Below, piece after piece: positions 30,528 through 32,000 of a stretch of DNA of 32,000 bases (positions are counted from its first letter, which is position 1; each line of letters opens with the position of its first letter). Position numbers and translations under genes: made by a program. The stretch comes from Ostreococcus tauri. Taxonomy: Eukaryota. The stretch covers positions 519,092 to 551,091 of the forward strand of contig KZ155780.1 in the NCBI GenBank assembly GCA_002158475.1. Direction: 5' to 3'. The notes beneath the pieces are model-generated. The model ran no database searches and was not told the origin of the DNA. It saw nothing but the letters and a program-made list of their open reading frames with translations.

Positions 30528-32000
30528 TCAGGGACTAGCGAGCCAGTCCCAGGGATTGGAGGTGGTTTTGTCCTCAGGTGGTCGGCGGCCGCATGGTCGG
30601 TGGTGCGTTGCGCGTGCTCGAGCGTCTTCGCCGAAATAATCGGGTATGTCCTCGTCCGATGTGTCCACGGTCGGGTATGAAGATAATTGCGGCGACGGTG
30701 CCGTGATGCTTGGCGGTTCAGTGTCAACGATCCCGGTCGCTTCCGGTTCGTCCGCACTCGAGTCGTCGATGCCAAGAAAGTTTCGGACTGAGCGCCAACC
30801 CTCCCGCGCGCGCGCGCGAACGGTCTCAGCCCTGAGGAGCGTACTCAGAGGGTCTTCCTCGTCGATTTCGTTGTCATCCAGATCCTCGTCGTCCGAATCG
30901 TCGTGATTCATCCAGGCTGAACCGCCGGCGGCGACGCGGTCGTGAATAGTCTTCACGGCTGCTTGGTACACGCCCGGGATGTGATCGAGCATCATGTAAG
31001 GATCGAGCACCACGTCCGTGAACGCTGTTGGATGCTTGTACTCCGCTATCGGGGTGTCCGAGCGCACGTAGTCGAGATGAATCACTCTCCCAGGCTGAAC
31101 CATAAAATCGCTCGCTGAGTGATCACGAAGCTCGAGTCCATCGACGTCCGCGACGTCAATCCAATCTCCCTGGCACTTTCGAGCGTCTTCTGGAACCCTT
31201 CTCACGGGGGACGTCGACTCGTCTTGACTAAGGCTTGTGACATCTCTCGAACCATCGTTTGCTCGTTCGCCTTCGGCGTTCTCTGTCTCGTTCCCTGGTC
31301 TGTCCCTGCCTCCGAGCGCTGAGGATACAGCTCGGAACACTGCGTGCGATGGTGCCGCGCGATTCAATCGACGCAAAAGTCGACGAACGGACGCGTGGCA
31401 CAAACGCGGTATCACATCGGCGCCGGCGACGACGCACGTGATGTACTCGCTCGCGATATCGCTAAGATCCATGCTACTGACGCTCGGAGCGGCGATGCAC
31501 ACGCACCTGCAAGACGCGAGGCGACGCAAAATTTCCAGTACTTCCTGCTCGTCCACGTCGCTCATCGCCCCTCGCGCGACCGCCTCGATGTCCTCGTCTT
31601 CACTGTGCATCAACATCGCGATACACGCGGCGACACCGCCGCCCATGCTGTGTCCCGTGATGAGAAAATTAAACGTTGGGTGCTTTTTCATGGACCGCGC
31701 CACCGCAGGAAGCATCCGTTTCGCGATCTGCCACGCTGACGCCACCATCCCAGCGTGCGCCCAGCCACCTAAAAATCGCACGCTTTCGCTGTTCACGTCC
31801 GTCAAAGCGTCGTGAAACTCCCACGTCCCTCGCACCGAGAGCACGACTCGCTCCTCGTCTCGATCCACCGCCACGAACGAGCTCGGCGCGAACTCCTTCC
31901 CCATCCACTCCGCCTCAACGACGTCCTCCTTATCTATTCCACACGCCTTCGCGCACGCCTCTGTCGCTCGAGCGTGCGCCCACTCCCCCCCGGCGTCACC
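30528..32000 (-). CDS. Class-3 (fungal/DAG-lipase-type) lipase; the 5' end runs off the right edge of the window
   Basis: VVLSVRGTWEFHDALTDV, the nucleophile elbow FLITGHSMGGGVAACIAML and ...VVAGADVIPRL are lipase_3 hallmarks. The frame remains open from ATG 31904 to nt 32000 (GDAGGEWAHARATEACAKACGIDKEDVVEAEW upstream of the M), so the true start lies outside the window. The stop is TGA 30530..30528. Confidence 0.8.
   Translation of the reverse strand, partial: GDAGGEWAHARATEACAKACGIDKEDVVEAEWMGKEFAPSSFVAVDRDEERVVLSVRGTWEFHDALTDVNSESVRFLGGWAHAGMVASAWQIAKRMLPAVARSMKKHPTFNFLITGHSMGGGVAACIAMLMHSEDEDIEAVARGAMSDVDEQEVLEILRRLASCRCVCIAAPSVSSMDLSDIASEYITCVVAGADVIPRLCHASVRRLLRRLNRAAPSHAVFRAVSSALGGRDRPGNETENAEGERANDGSRDVTSLSQDESTSPVRRVPEDARKCQGDWIDVADVDGLELRDHSASDFMVQPGRVIHLDYVRSDTPIAEYKHPTAFTDVVLDPYMMLDHIPGVYQAAVKTIHDRVAAGGSAWMNHDDSDDEDLDDNEIDEEDPLSTLLRAETVRARAREGWRSVRNFLGIDDSSADEPEATGIVDTEPPSITAPSPQLSSYPTVDTSDEDIPDYFGEDARARATHHRPCGRRPPEDKTTSNPWDWLASP

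Overview
This window is visibly GC-rich, extremely gene-dense eukaryotic nuclear DNA. I call 20 protein-coding genes and one intron-containing tRNA-Pro in 32 kb. Spacers between coding regions are mostly 20-650 bp. Two short spliceosomal introns (61 and 70 nt), plus one possible 59-nt intron, are enough to explain the reading frames. Recognisable products: an LRR-adenosine-deaminase fusion (partial), a Utp12-domain protein, an ATAD2/Yta7-like AAA+ ATPase, an Snf7-family ESCRT-III protein, a SirB1/UPF0162 transglutaminase-like protein, KRI1, squalene epoxidase, TRAPP Bet3, a LETM1-like protein, an S33 prolyl aminopeptidase, a DEAD-box helicase, ribosomal protein eL33 (RPL35A), NDUFAF6, a CEP104-like ciliary TOG protein and a class-3 lipase (partial). 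Composition, compactness, transit-peptide-like N-termini and a ciliary gene fit a flagellate picoeukaryotic green alga (Mamiellophyceae, Micromonas-like). That assignment is inference, not a database result. Two cautions on the supplied ORF track. Many of its M starts are GTG or TTG codons, so I re-anchored starts to plausible ATGs. One long minus-strand ORF (1..2174) is missing from the track because it has no stop inside the window. Most interesting observations: (1) a single ORF joins RNI-type leucine-rich repeats to an ADAT1/ADAR-type adenosine deaminase domain. (2) Three of the four divergent (head-to-head) intergenic regions are dominated by structured repeats: twin palindromic 70-bp modules, an 82-bp x3 array and a 44-bp x8 array. 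(3) Two same-strand gene pairs have almost no spacer (an ATGA stop/start overlap and a 27-nt gap), which makes them candidate dicistronic units. (4) KRI1 has a frame break at a G11/C11 homopolymer. (5) Plant-type telomere-repeat fragments cluster around the tRNA gene, one of them inside the tRNA intron. (6) The ATAD2-like and CEP104-like proteins have unusual reader-domain and C-terminal architectures. No prokaryotic-style defence system, CRISPR array or clear mobile element is present.
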